Translations under genes and position numbers: made by a program
Part shown: positions 1 to 11,365 of the stretch, piece after piece
How the letters are laid out: the number at the start of each line of letters is the position of its first letter
Numbering within the stretch: the stretch's first letter is position 1
Origin: Catajapyx aquilonaris
Lineage: Eukaryota
Assembly: GCA_000934665.2 (NCBI GenBank)
Contig: JYFJ02000695.1
Location: 62,001-114,805 of the forward strand
Direction: 5' to 3'
Length of the DNA: 52,805 nucleotides
Notes under the pieces: generated by a model
What the model saw: the letters and a program-made list of their open reading frames with translations, nothing else
What the model was told of the DNA's origin: nothing
Databases searched by the model: none

Positions 1-26
1 CTTCCTTCCCTCCCTTTCCACTGTAG

Positions 27-315
27 ATGCCCGAATCAATATGCCCTGCCAGGGCAGGCCGGTGTAGCTTTGGCGTTGCCCGGGGCAACGGTAACACTCC
101 AGGTATCACAATCCCATCTGCGGGGATCTCTGGAGCACCCCACCTCCCTCTTCCCTGCTCCCTCCCGCCCTCCAGCGCACCACACACACGCCGACGGAGC
201 CAGGCAGTGTGGGCGGCGGCGACGGCGGCGGCGGAGGCGCCACACTGCCACCGGGGCTGAGGGGAGGGGCGGCGGGAAGGCGACGGAGAAGGAGGAGGGA
301 GAAGAGACATCACAG
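27..315 (+). other. Candidate exon, possibly a distal 5' exon of the hindsight/RREB1 gene
   Basis: Polypyrimidine tract plus TGTAG acceptor ends at 26, and a strong donor CAG|GTAAGA lies at 315/316. The segment is GC-rich. One frame (28-315) is open throughout but has no ATG. The link to hnt is inference. Confidence 0.35.
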
Positions 316-2478
316 GTAAGATCCAATGACGCATTGCCGCCGCACTTATCTCGATTGACATCACAGTCACTGGTGCGGCTCCACTGCATCGTATGCTGCA
401 GACTAATTTTGGGTCGTGGGTCGGATGCTTGACCCGATGTGGCCCTTCAGGGTCGATCACCTATCTCTGCTGCCCATACCTGCCAAACTATCGATTCATG
501 TGCAAAAGGAGGCGATGCACGAATGTCGTGGCCCATCCAATCCCATGAGCCATTGGTGTGTTTCATAATGGAAGAGGGCATCATGCTTCAGTTTTAAAAT
601 TGCAGGTTTCGACCCCCTTGATATCAGGTGGGCAGTGTCTATATTCACCGGCACCTCCATCAATCCGAGCTACCAGAGTAACCCATCAGCGGGTGGGCAA
701 TTAGAATCGGTTGATAGCCGCACTAATTGTGACGCCCAATTGCAATCACGGTAATGGATACGTCGTTGCCGCGCGCCAGAAGTGATAACTCTGGATGGCC
801 CAAGAGGGGACGACATATGGCCACAGATTGCAGCATCCCTTGGAGATTTTCTATCTGAAACCTAAAAGCTTTCTGGCTGTTGAGTGTGTGGCAATATGTT
901 TTTATTTCTAGGGTATAGGCTCATTTGCGACGCTGAGGAGCCTCATTAATTATTAGTATATGGGATGTGAGTGGGTGGGTGTTTGAGGTAGGGAGGGGGC
1001 CAGCAGGTAGCAGAGAGGGGGGTGGGGTGGCAGAAAAGCAGTAGATGATAACAGGCATTACGATCGATTGTTCCTTAGCCCAAGACTGGCACGTTTTTGG
1101 TGGAGGTAAGGGGGGCTTTGGGCTTATACGTTCTCTTCGTTTCCATCGTTGATAAGCGCTTATTAATTAATTAACAGTATGCCCCGGCTTGTCGAGAAAC
1201 ATACAGTCCTGAGGAAAACAGCACGATTCAACGCCTTTTCTCCAATAATAGGCGGCATATGGCGACATTAGATTGATGTTTCTGTCCAACGCAATACAGT
1301 CCTCAGGGAGACACACATCAATAATATCCGCACATTTGCGCCTATAAGGTCTATAGACTGTACCTGCAGCATGATGTTAGAAAAGAGTAGCCAAGCCCCC
1401 GCCATCAGGGAAATGATCCTTTTTGCCTCTGCAGCATCGATCCAATGCAGGCAGGCAGAGCCAGGTTCGAAGAGATAAAACCTTTTGCCTCCCTAGAAGC
1501 TCGTACTATTGAAATAAGAATTGACAGTCGCACACCGCCATCTTGTGTCAACATACGGACGGACTATGATGAATGGATCCGGTTTTATAATGCAGTGCGA
1601 ATGGGTTGTAGCACGTGCACGTTCCATTCAAAACGAGAAAGGAAAGAGGGGGAAAAAAAACAACGATGGGATGATTGGCCTGAGGCAAGCACCGTTCATC
1701 CAACACGCCTTCTTTTCACTGACCTGGGTCACTTGTACAACTAGATGACTCTGTAACAGGAAGAAAGAAGGCCAGCGGGCCACTCTGGACAGGAGAAAGA
1801 AATTCGGGGTGGGGGGTGTCCCCTGTCTCATCACTTGTGTGGATTCGATTTCAAAAAGTTGAGAAATGGAGTAAAAAAAACACTTGCCATTCCGGGGAGG
1901 AAAAGTGAAACCGCCTCCTTCCCCCAGTACCAGAACCACTTCGTGACTACACAATCAGTGTACTGGTGACAATGCCATTTTTTTAAAGCTGAATATTTGT
2001 TTGAACTGTACAAATATCTCCAGATTTTTTTCCCCGGGACGTAAGATAACGAAGAACGCAGCTGCATTGTGCGGCTGGGTATAATAGAAGTCGGACACGT
2101 GGCCATTTTGATGCGGTGGTGGGGAACATGCTGGCGGGTGTGAGAAGTGGGGTGGTTGGGTATTCAGAAAAAAAGCCAAGCCCAGCATGATCCTCTTTCG
2201 CGCCCCATTACCAGATTAGTCCCACACATGAGGAGAGCCTGCCTGATGATGGGCTGCACCCACCTACATCTCCACTTGCTCCTGGACACCTGCCCCGCTA
2301 CCTTCCAACCCTCCCTCCCTTACCTGCCTGACCCCTATGGTCTCTGGTGTGGATTGTGGATGGGCCCTATAACGGTTAACACGTCTAATCCATGTCGTAT
2401 CGCATTATGATGTGGAAATGGACTTCCGAACGGCTGCAGTAGGCTGTGTGCATAGAATAGGGAGGAGTTGATGTGCGA

Positions 2479-2551
2479 GCCCGGATAGCTCAGTCGGTAG
2501 AGCATTAGGCTTTTAACCTAAGGGTCCGGGGTTCAAGTCCCCGTTCGGGCG
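2479..2551 (+). tRNA. tRNA-Lys, anticodon TTT
   Basis: GCCCGGATAGCTCAGTCGGTAGAGCATTAGGCTTTTAACCTAAGGGTCCGGGGTTCAAGTCCCCGTTCGGGCG forms a canonical 73-nt cloverleaf. Anticodon stem is TTAGG/CCTAA, T stem is CGGGG/CCCCG, and an oligo-T Pol III terminator follows. Confidence 0.95.
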
Positions 2552-2644
2552 ATTTTTTTTTTCGAAATGTTTTTAGGTTTAATTTCGGAATATAATCGGG
2601 ATTATTTGTATAAAATTAATTGAAACCAGCATGTCTCGTTTATA

Positions 2645-2823
2645 CAGGGTGTTCCGAGTATTTGGGACCTTTTATTTATCGGAAATTTCGCCCGAAGCTG
2701 TTACGTATTATACAGTATTTGAGCTATAAATTATTAGACTAGGAATAATGGGACATATCGATAAAAAGCACACAATAGAGCAAAATTTGCGATAGCAATT
2801 AATTAAAAGACCCGAACACACTG
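2645..2823. mobile_element. Degenerate Tc1/mariner-type MITE remnant
   Basis: Begins TA|CAGGGTGTTCCGAG and ends with a degenerate inverted copy CCCGAACACACTG. The CAGGGTG terminus matches the intact MITEs at 33170 and 34509. Confidence 0.35.
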
Positions 2824-4450
2824 CATGCTGAAAAGTAGCATTTATAACGCGCTTGAGCGGAAAATAATATACAGCTGGTCCATAAATCGTTGTGACCTGA
2901 AGTCCTCCCTCAATGCCTGTAACGTGGTGAGTCTGTCACGTGCAATCACTGTGCACAATGTGACAATAGTTGACAAGTGGTGACGAATGTAAATAAAGAC
3001 CTGATATACAGAATGATCAGTTACAATCGAATAATTTTTAGATATGGAATATTATATCTTGACTCTTGTGATCCTCTTTTCCTTTTTTCTCGAGCATTTC
3101 TCTATTATAATAAAATTTATATGTAGCTGTCTAGCAGAACGCAAAATATATGACCAACGCAGTAGGTATAAGCTTCGAGTATTTTTACTCAATGCCTATA
3201 CCTCACAGTGATTCTGTCCTGCATTTCAGATCTGAAAATATGTACTTTTGTTTTCTACATGGTGTTACATCATACTTGAGTTACCTGCATGCCAAATTCG
3301 TTTATGTAAGCCTCCAAGCCCTAGTTGGGAAGACTAGAAACCAACCAGCTTTTGCCTCAGAAGAGCAAAAAGGAGCAAAATCAGAAAGTGTCACAGTCGT
3401 TACAGTATCAATATTAAATGGGCGCAATCACCCCAGCGGATTATTAACTCGTTTTGTAAGGGTGGGGATGATACTAGCAGCAAGATAGGCAAAAGCATCC
3501 GGGAGTGAAAGTGTAAATTTTTGCCCAGCAAAACCCAGTAGAAAGATGGGTGGAGACTTCTTCTTTTGCTTCCTTTTGCCTCTGTCTCTCGGTTTCCTCC
3601 TCTTGTGTTGGAAGAAAGTTGAATCTGCTCGGGACACATAAGGCCTGGATCTTCAGGTTCTTCTCTGGGTCTTGCAAGTGTGGGAACCACTTTTCCTACC
3701 TTCGCGTCCATCCACAACAAGAAGAGAGAGGGTGAGGAGGAGGGGGAAAAAATGGGGGAAAATTCGGAGCGTATCTTCTTCAGGTTGACAAGACCCGCCC
3801 ATTTGAGGTCCAGATGACTTACAAGGACGGTGACCCTCTTTTGGAATATTGCTTCAACGTGACTGCGACGAGTGTAAGAGCAACATTTTGCTCCATCCTG
3901 TTTTTTAAAATGATAATTGATTAGCAAATAATTTATTTAAGCCTTTATCTGCCGATTTTTGTGGCGCTTTTTATCGCGGAGATAAGCACGTGCATACTAA
4001 CGGTTTTCTGGTATGGCTGGTAGAATGGAATGCTGTTGCAAAACATTTTGGCATTGTTGACAGTACATTATTTGGAGAAGTCAAAAGTTACAAAATGTAG
4101 AAGTCGAATATATCGCCTATTTGAAGCTAGGTGTGAGGTTATTAGCCACATCAAATTTAAGTTCAGTTAATTAACGATACGCACAACACCGACGATGTAA
4201 AGTAAACAATGTAACCAAAAATTGTACCTCCACAATGAAAGATAGACTGAACTAACTGTAAGTAGACCAACATCAAATATGCTCTATGTACTGTAGCCTC
4301 CTATAAATAACTGATACCCCTGCCGGCCTCCATAAAATGATGCAGCTCGGAAATGATATAACTCAATGCATTATACTGCTACCGATATACCCGTCGTCAC
4401 GATTGCAAGCGTGCTGCGTGTAGTCACTTGTAATCGCATTCATAATATGA

Positions 4451-4523
4451 GCCCGGATAGCTCAGTCGGTAGAGCGTTAGGCTTTTAACCTAACGGTCCA
4501 GGGTTCGAGTCCCTGCCCGGGCG
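4451..4523 (+). tRNA. tRNA-Lys, anticodon TTT (variant isodecoder)
   Basis: GCCCGGATAGCTCAGTCGGTAGAGCGTTAGGCTTTTAACCTAACGGTCCAGGGTTCGAGTCCCTGCCCGGGCG has intact A and B boxes and an A7:C66 mismatch in the acceptor stem. It is followed by CCA and TATTTTT. Confidence 0.88.
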
Positions 4524-6654
4524 CCATATTTTTATCAACATCTGTACCTTTTCATTTTTAACACAAATCCGACCAGGTATCGCCCCCCCCTGTCAAATGA
4601 TCAGTATTGATTGACGTTTCCCATATATGAATAGGCAACCAAAAGAGACGCTTGCTGGCCTCCTTTTGTCCTCAAGATAATCGGCTGTATGGCCGAATAT
4701 TGTAATCTGAGATGGAAAGGCTGTGCAAAAGAAGAGGCTGGGCAAGGAGAGTGGAGGGTTGGGATGGCATGAGTTTGGAATGCAGGTTGGAGGCTTGGTC
4801 TCCAGGGAAGGCCAAGGAAGTCTCAGCAAAATAATGCCAATGTCAAGGAGGAGAGAAGAAGACGCCAGTACACATTCCGAACGGATCTTTTGGGCAGGAT
4901 GACCCGTTGTGCATATATTTAGAGTCCACCGTGCCTCCAGGTTAGAAAGTACTGGTCTAATTTGAAGCTGGACCTTCCAGGGACCCAGAATTTTCTTGGA
5001 AAAAGAGAAGATCCGTGGCGGATGGAAGGTAGAGGCCCCCTCCATTCCTTTCTATCTCCGGTCCCTGATTGGGGGTGGAGGCAGCAGGGAGAGGAAGAGA
5101 AAGAAAAGGTGGATGGGCAAAGGAGGGGGGGGGGGGACCTTCTTCTGAGGGATTCCGTCCCAGAGCGATTTCCTGGCCTTAGGCTGCAATTTGGGGGTCT
5201 GGAAGCACGCAGGTAGAAGGACCGACAGTTTTTGAGCCACGCCGCGCCGCCATCCTCCGTAGTTGGGAGGTTTTCTTCGGGACGGGGTGTACTTGACCTC
5301 AATTGCCATCCCGTGACCAATCGGGCACTTCTGGGAGGTGGGCTTTAATTTTCGGAAATCATGATTCACGAGTAATGAGCGTCGAGTAATCATAATCTTA
5401 GGGAGATGATGAATTCGTTTCATGTCAGTCTGCTCACTGTCCGAAACGGTCCGTTTCTTTAGTGGGAGACGGCGTTTCACTGCCCCGAGCATTTTGGACA
5501 GTGGCTGGGAGGTCAGAGGTGAGTGTTGGGGTAAGCCGGGAAGACGACGCCAAGACGGGTGAAATCATTCGTGTGTAACTGTTGAAGCGGTATATCCGGT
5601 GGACCATTTTTGTGTGGTAAGCATCACACATTTGTATGCTTCGTTCGACTAAAATAATGGTCCGACCGAAACTAAATTCAGTTTACTGGACCCCACGCTG
5701 TAACGTTGTGGTAACTACTTGATGTGCTGATTCCATGAACAGATGTAATTTCATACCTAATTTATTACCTCGGGTTTTTTATTTATTTATTTCGGGGCAT
5801 TCAGCGTAGATGCAGCGGTATTTCCAGGTAAAATAGTGTCGTGCCGCCATCGGTGTCTTTTCGCAGTTTCTCATTAGAATTATCTTATCCAGGGCTGAGG
5901 TTAATGGCAGGTGAGGGATGAGATGGAAAAAATAAAGGTACCTCCCTGAGATGGCCTCCCCTCTCTGAGGGAGGTCTTCGGAAAAGGAGCATTGAGCGGT
6001 CCACCTTTGAAGAAGCAGACGCGAAACACAAGGAAACGAGGAAACAAGGAGGGCGAAGATTCATGGCCTCCCAGGGGGATCCAATTCTCCGAAACTCCCT
6101 TTTATTCTTCACCAAAGTAAAAAAAACAACACAACCCCCCCCCCCCCCACACACACACACACATTTATTGACCATACCTGCAAAACGCCATGTTTTAACA
6201 TTTTCCACCTTCAATCCTTAGCAATGGTTTAATTGATTAAAAATCATCTTAAAATTGACGTGGTATAAGGAAAGGCGATGCTTCCGAGCATTGGGGTGGA
6301 TAAGGTGGGTTGTGAAGGTGGATGGGGGTAGTAGAGAGGGGTGGGAGAGGCGGAAAAGTGGGGTGGTTGTGAGGTGGGGGTAGAGTGCCGCCAGGTGAGC
6401 TAGGGTAGGGCAGTCAGAACCCTGTCAGAACTCAGAAGCCTGGGAGTGGGCGGCCGGAATGGTAGTGCTTCAGTGTGGTCAGATATCTGTCTCTGGACCA
6501 GTGGGAAAAGTGCTTGACCGATCATTCGGAGGACTATGAGCACGTGAGTAGCATGAATCCTTGGGGAGTTGCCTGGGGGGGGGGGGGGGGNNNTGGGTGC
6601 GTGTTGCGCAGGGTCAATCGGGCAGATCGGTATTTTTGGGGGGGATGTGTGTAA

Positions 6655-9600
6655 TGTGGGAACCGACGTCTTTTCTGCCGAAGCAATTATCGGGTGGTGG
6701 GAGGGAAACTATTAGCTCGTGACAACGCGTGATTAGAGCTAATGCTAATTAATTTTAGGGAGAGTTGCCGCGACGATTTGTGATACCGGTAGCGTGTTGG
6801 CCCGAGAGTGGTGCAAATATTTGGCTTTCTAGCTACTACCCGAATTTTGGAACCAAAGCATGTGTAGCATGAACATCGCTTTTTAGAAAATGTTTCATTA
6901 TGACAACTGGCAAGATTCATACTCTGAATCACAAAATGTTATTGTGACTAATACAACCCTTGTCAAGCCATTTTCACTCGTAGCGTACCGGCCGATTGTC
7001 ACCATGGTTACTTTGTCACCTTTCCACAGGCTTGAGCAAGACATTGAGCAATCCCACCGCAAAAATAGCCACCCCATTCCGCGCTCCATCTCCCTTATCT
7101 CCCCCACCTTTTCTTCCCCGGAAAATTTGGAATGTGGGAAATTCCAACCCCGGCGGCCCAAAACCTGACGACAACCCGCTACTCCTTTGCCGGACAATTG
7201 AGTGATCTTTTCGACATGATGCAACCTCTCCAGTCAGGTTCTCGATCACTCGATAGCGTCACCATGGGGGATCCGAAAATGCTGGACACGCATGTAAAAA
7301 CAGGTGTGAATATGTCATGGGCGCCGGCGCCATACGGATGATGGAGGATCATACGTGTTGTGTCAGCCACTTCGATCAATCAGATCTTACACTGAATTCG
7401 CCGCTATGGAAATTGCCAAGCCCCAAGTAGGCCGAAGAGGCTGACCTTCATATGTGCATTTAAAACAAGGATGTTTGGAATGGAGATTAAATAATTTTGC
7501 CAACAAGGAAACTGTGCGGTTGCGCCATAGTGGATTGGCAACAGAAATAATGGTCAATAAAAGGCCATCAAGGATTCTGCGCAAACCAATTCTTTTTTCG
7601 CCAAAACATGTTTACTCCCCCCCGACAAGACGTCGCTGATAAAAATCCACAAAAACTGCGCACGTGCATTTGTGGGATTAGATTAAATAAATAAAATTGA
7701 CCTTCCATGCTTCCTCCAATTACTACGTGGATTGTGAGGCAGGTGCTCCGTACGCTGTTTCCACTCTCGGGGGATAATTGACCTAAAGCACACACAACGT
7801 GGGTACAATGCAGGATATTTTTCTGATGTATCAACATCAATACTGCACGCATGGCAGGAGTCTAATCTCAGAGAGACAGGTAATGACCTCCCACGAGAGG
7901 TCATGTGCACCCTCACTTTGATCTTAATTTTCCGATTTTGCCATAGAAAAAGTCAGGTACTGTAGAAAGAGGTCGACACTCGATTTAGTCAGCGAATAAA
8001 ATACACACTCGATAGTCAGGGAATAAAATACACGCTCAAGGACATTACCCTCTCCGAGGATCGATCCCAGTACCCTGCTGGACATTTTGGAAGTGCTCCA
8101 GAGGCTGTCCATTTTTTCGACAGAATAGCTCATTAATGTTCATGAGAGAGTGCGATAACCTCGCAGGATTTTATATTATTTATTCCGAAATGTAAACGAC
8201 TGGCTGATCTGAGAGTGCTGCATGGAAATTCGCAGTATCCGATATTACGTATGTGGATGTGAGCTTGGAGGGAGAGAAGGAGAAGGTGAAAGGAGAAAAA
8301 GGGCGTCTCGTACGTGTGGAGAAGCAATGTTCTCACGGAGTCCACAAGAGGCCAAATCCGCAGGCACGGAAGCAGGATTTCTCACGCCGGCCCCTGCCCT
8401 TTCATGTACGCCACTTGAACTGAATGGAACCTGCTGCTGCCAGACCATTTGCAACTGGTGCACATCAACGGGGATCCAATCCTAATTTTCCGCTAAATGT
8501 ACACTGATTGTTGCGGTAAAACAGCGCGGCAATTCAGTCCTTGCAATGGAGCTAACGACATCGATTTTGAATTCGCGTGCTGTATTGTTGAGGAAAAATG
8601 CATTACTTTACCTGATCGATAATAAATTCAGAACGAATGATTGATTAATTCTGGGTTGATAACATGGATCAACCACTTGTTCTGGATTTACCGTTGATAA
8701 CGCATTCTGGTCGTATATAGGGGTATCATTATAATACCAGGAAGCGTATAACGTACAACGTGTGGTGGAGCGTGCGATGTCTTTTATAACCATTAGTATA
8801 CAGTCAAACCTAAACTGATAATACGAATGTGGAATATTTAAGGGCGCTTCTCTTCTTTCTCTTGTATATAAAAGGTCAATGAGTTGTATCAGTACACATT
8901 TGAGGGAAAAATTTTCGATTATGCACCTCTACGCTGATATAGGCTGCAATAGTCCTAAGAATGCGGCTGTATCAACATTTATAATATGAAATATCCGATA
9001 TTTCTCGATACTGTTAATTTGCGCTCATTGATATTACGGGCCATAAAAACGACACGCTGCGTATATTCCGCTCTGTCTTGCATATCTGAATATAGTGGCT
9101 CTGGCAGTGGAGGCCACTTAGAAAGCTGATTAATATGGATTAGTTGGAAGCTCCACATGTCCCTTCCAGCAGATGTGTGCTGCAAAGTTGCGCATTGATG
9201 CTGGATCGCATAAAAGGCTGGGGGTATGCAATTTTTGCGACTCATTTGTAGGATAGAGCGAGTGTGTGCACCTTGCTAATCCGTCTCAGAGATGGACCCC
9301 GCCCACATGTGTTTCCCACAGTGGAAAAGGTGATTTAAGAGACGTTGTAGGAGTAGCAGCAACTGAGCCGGTTCAATGGGAACGGGGTGGAGGCAGTAGA
9401 AGAAGAAGAGAGGGGGGGGGGGGGACCATGAATGAGAAAAGGGCCCCGGGGCAACTCGAGGGCAGCAGCTGGGAACAGAAGAAGTGCATCGGAAGTGCCC
9501 TTGTCCAGGCTCCTCTTCTTCTTTCGGGCTCTCTGGGGCTTGCCAAACGTCTCGGAACGGACTTGAAGGTCAACTTTTGGGGGGGCTGGGAGAGAAGAAT

Positions 9601-11203
9601 AAGAGAAAAGAAGAGGTCTCATCTCCTTCTTCCATCTCCCTTCTTCATCCGTGACCAAACTCGAATCCAGACCACTCTTTGGCACCCTGATTGGTGGAAG
9701 GAGCTGGGTTGAAATTGTGTGACCTCAGGTCCATCTGCAGCAAGAGGCGAAGGATGCGTGACCGTCACGCCATTTGGACTGCAATCCTCGAATGTAGCAC
9801 CACTGATTTAGGAGACTAATTGTGGGAAACACCGCAGGTTCAACGCTCAATTGGTGCTGTGTGTGTACACATCGGGTGTGGCAGAAAGTCAGTGTCGTCA
9901 CTATTGCGATTCTCAAACAAAAAAATGACACACGTCATTCGTACCATGAAGACGACAGCAATATCTCACATTTCCAGTATGTGCCCCACAAATGTGAGTG
10001 CACTTGCAGAACCAGACCACATCACCCACTTTTGAAACCAGACTTTTTCGACCAAACGTCTTGGTCCCAGCCAGTTTGAGGATGAAGGTCAGGCTTTTCT
10101 GAAGGGATGGGTTTCAAAGATGCTGTCAGGAGACGGATTGGGGGTCCATTGTCCGTAGGTTCCCCCCTAACTGGGTGAAAACATTCTTGGCATCCTAGTT
10201 TATCAAGTACTTACAACCCGGAGCATCCGGTGCATTTTCAGCACTATCTGTTTGTTGCGGTCTATTTTTCCGGTTGATCTGAAAGCAGGAAAGATATAGG
10301 GGGCGTTTGTTTTAACTTTTTCCATAGTAGGTGAGTAACACCAAGCCTGAGGGGGTACCAGACCCAGCCCCCACATACCCTAATTTTTCATTCATTCGTC
10401 GGCGTGGGCCCCTGCAGGTGTTAGGGTGGGAAATGTCCAGCATGAATCGGGCTGGTTTCGAAAAGCCCTCTGGGCGCATGAAAAAATGTAGAAAAAAAGG
10501 ACGAGAGAGGTCATTGTCTCGCGGAAGAAAATGCTTGCACCATCTCAAGTCGCCTCGACTGGTTGGCCAGCCTCATCCAACACCATCATCATCATCTCGG
10601 TGGCAAGCGATCATCACAGATCAATGTAGACTCCTACCTTGTTGGTACCTGTAGGGCTTGTATATTACCTAAAAAATGTCAGCGGACAAAGAAGCAGCTG
10701 TGGTTTCAAGGCCTTTTTTCCATGGGCTTTACCTTGTGAGATGAGATGAGATGTGTGCTGGCGATCTGCTGCACCCCTCCGTTCCGCCTGCCTTCTTCTT
10801 CATCATGCTTGGTTTGGCAGCTTCCACGCTTCTGCGACCTTTTTTCCCTTTCAGAGGACGGATCGTGTGTCTTCATCCTGTTGAATTTGCACTTGTAGAT
10901 AACAAAAAAAGAAAAGAAATAATTATTGGCTGGCTCGTCCCGAGAGACAGTAAGCCCGCTCCGTACCATTATTCATTTCCACTTGGTTGAGTACGGGATT
11001 TATCTCCTGGTGATGCAGGAGGGAGTTAAAGGTCAAGTGACGGGGAGGATTCAGATTTGATGTGGAACACAGTTGCGAAGCTTCTGTTTTACGCATGACT
11101 GGCCGATTTTATGAACTGAGAGCAGACATGGCATGACTGATATGCAGCTGATGTAACTTCTATTTATTATTCAGTTATGCGATTAGTTTTGGCTAGATGC
11201 TAC

Positions 11204-11281
<78 letters not shown>

Positions 11282-11365
11282 GGGAGTCGTTGATACCGTC
11301 CTATCCTGAATAAACACTTGTAGCGGCCCCGGAGTCACTTGTGGTGTGGGACCGCCTTGTGGGAA
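6655..11365. promoter_or_regulatory. Putative Notch-responsive enhancer region (cluster of Su(H)/CSL YGTGRGAA motifs)
   Basis: YGTGRGAA matches on either strand at 6655, 7133, 8330, 8379, 9313, 9821 and 11358. hindsight is a known Notch/Su(H) target in Drosophila. Function here is inferred. Confidence 0.4.
11204..11280. repeat. (TTA)n microsatellite, about 25 units
   Basis: Uninterrupted TAT/TTA run. It may be the (TAA)n tail of a minus-strand retroposon fragment extending to the right. Confidence 0.95.

Noticed and set aside
7976..8037. Imperfect tandem duplication of about 30 bp (CACTCGAT…GAATAAAATACA)
   Set aside because: Only two units; ordinary slippage, not a CRISPR-like or functional array.
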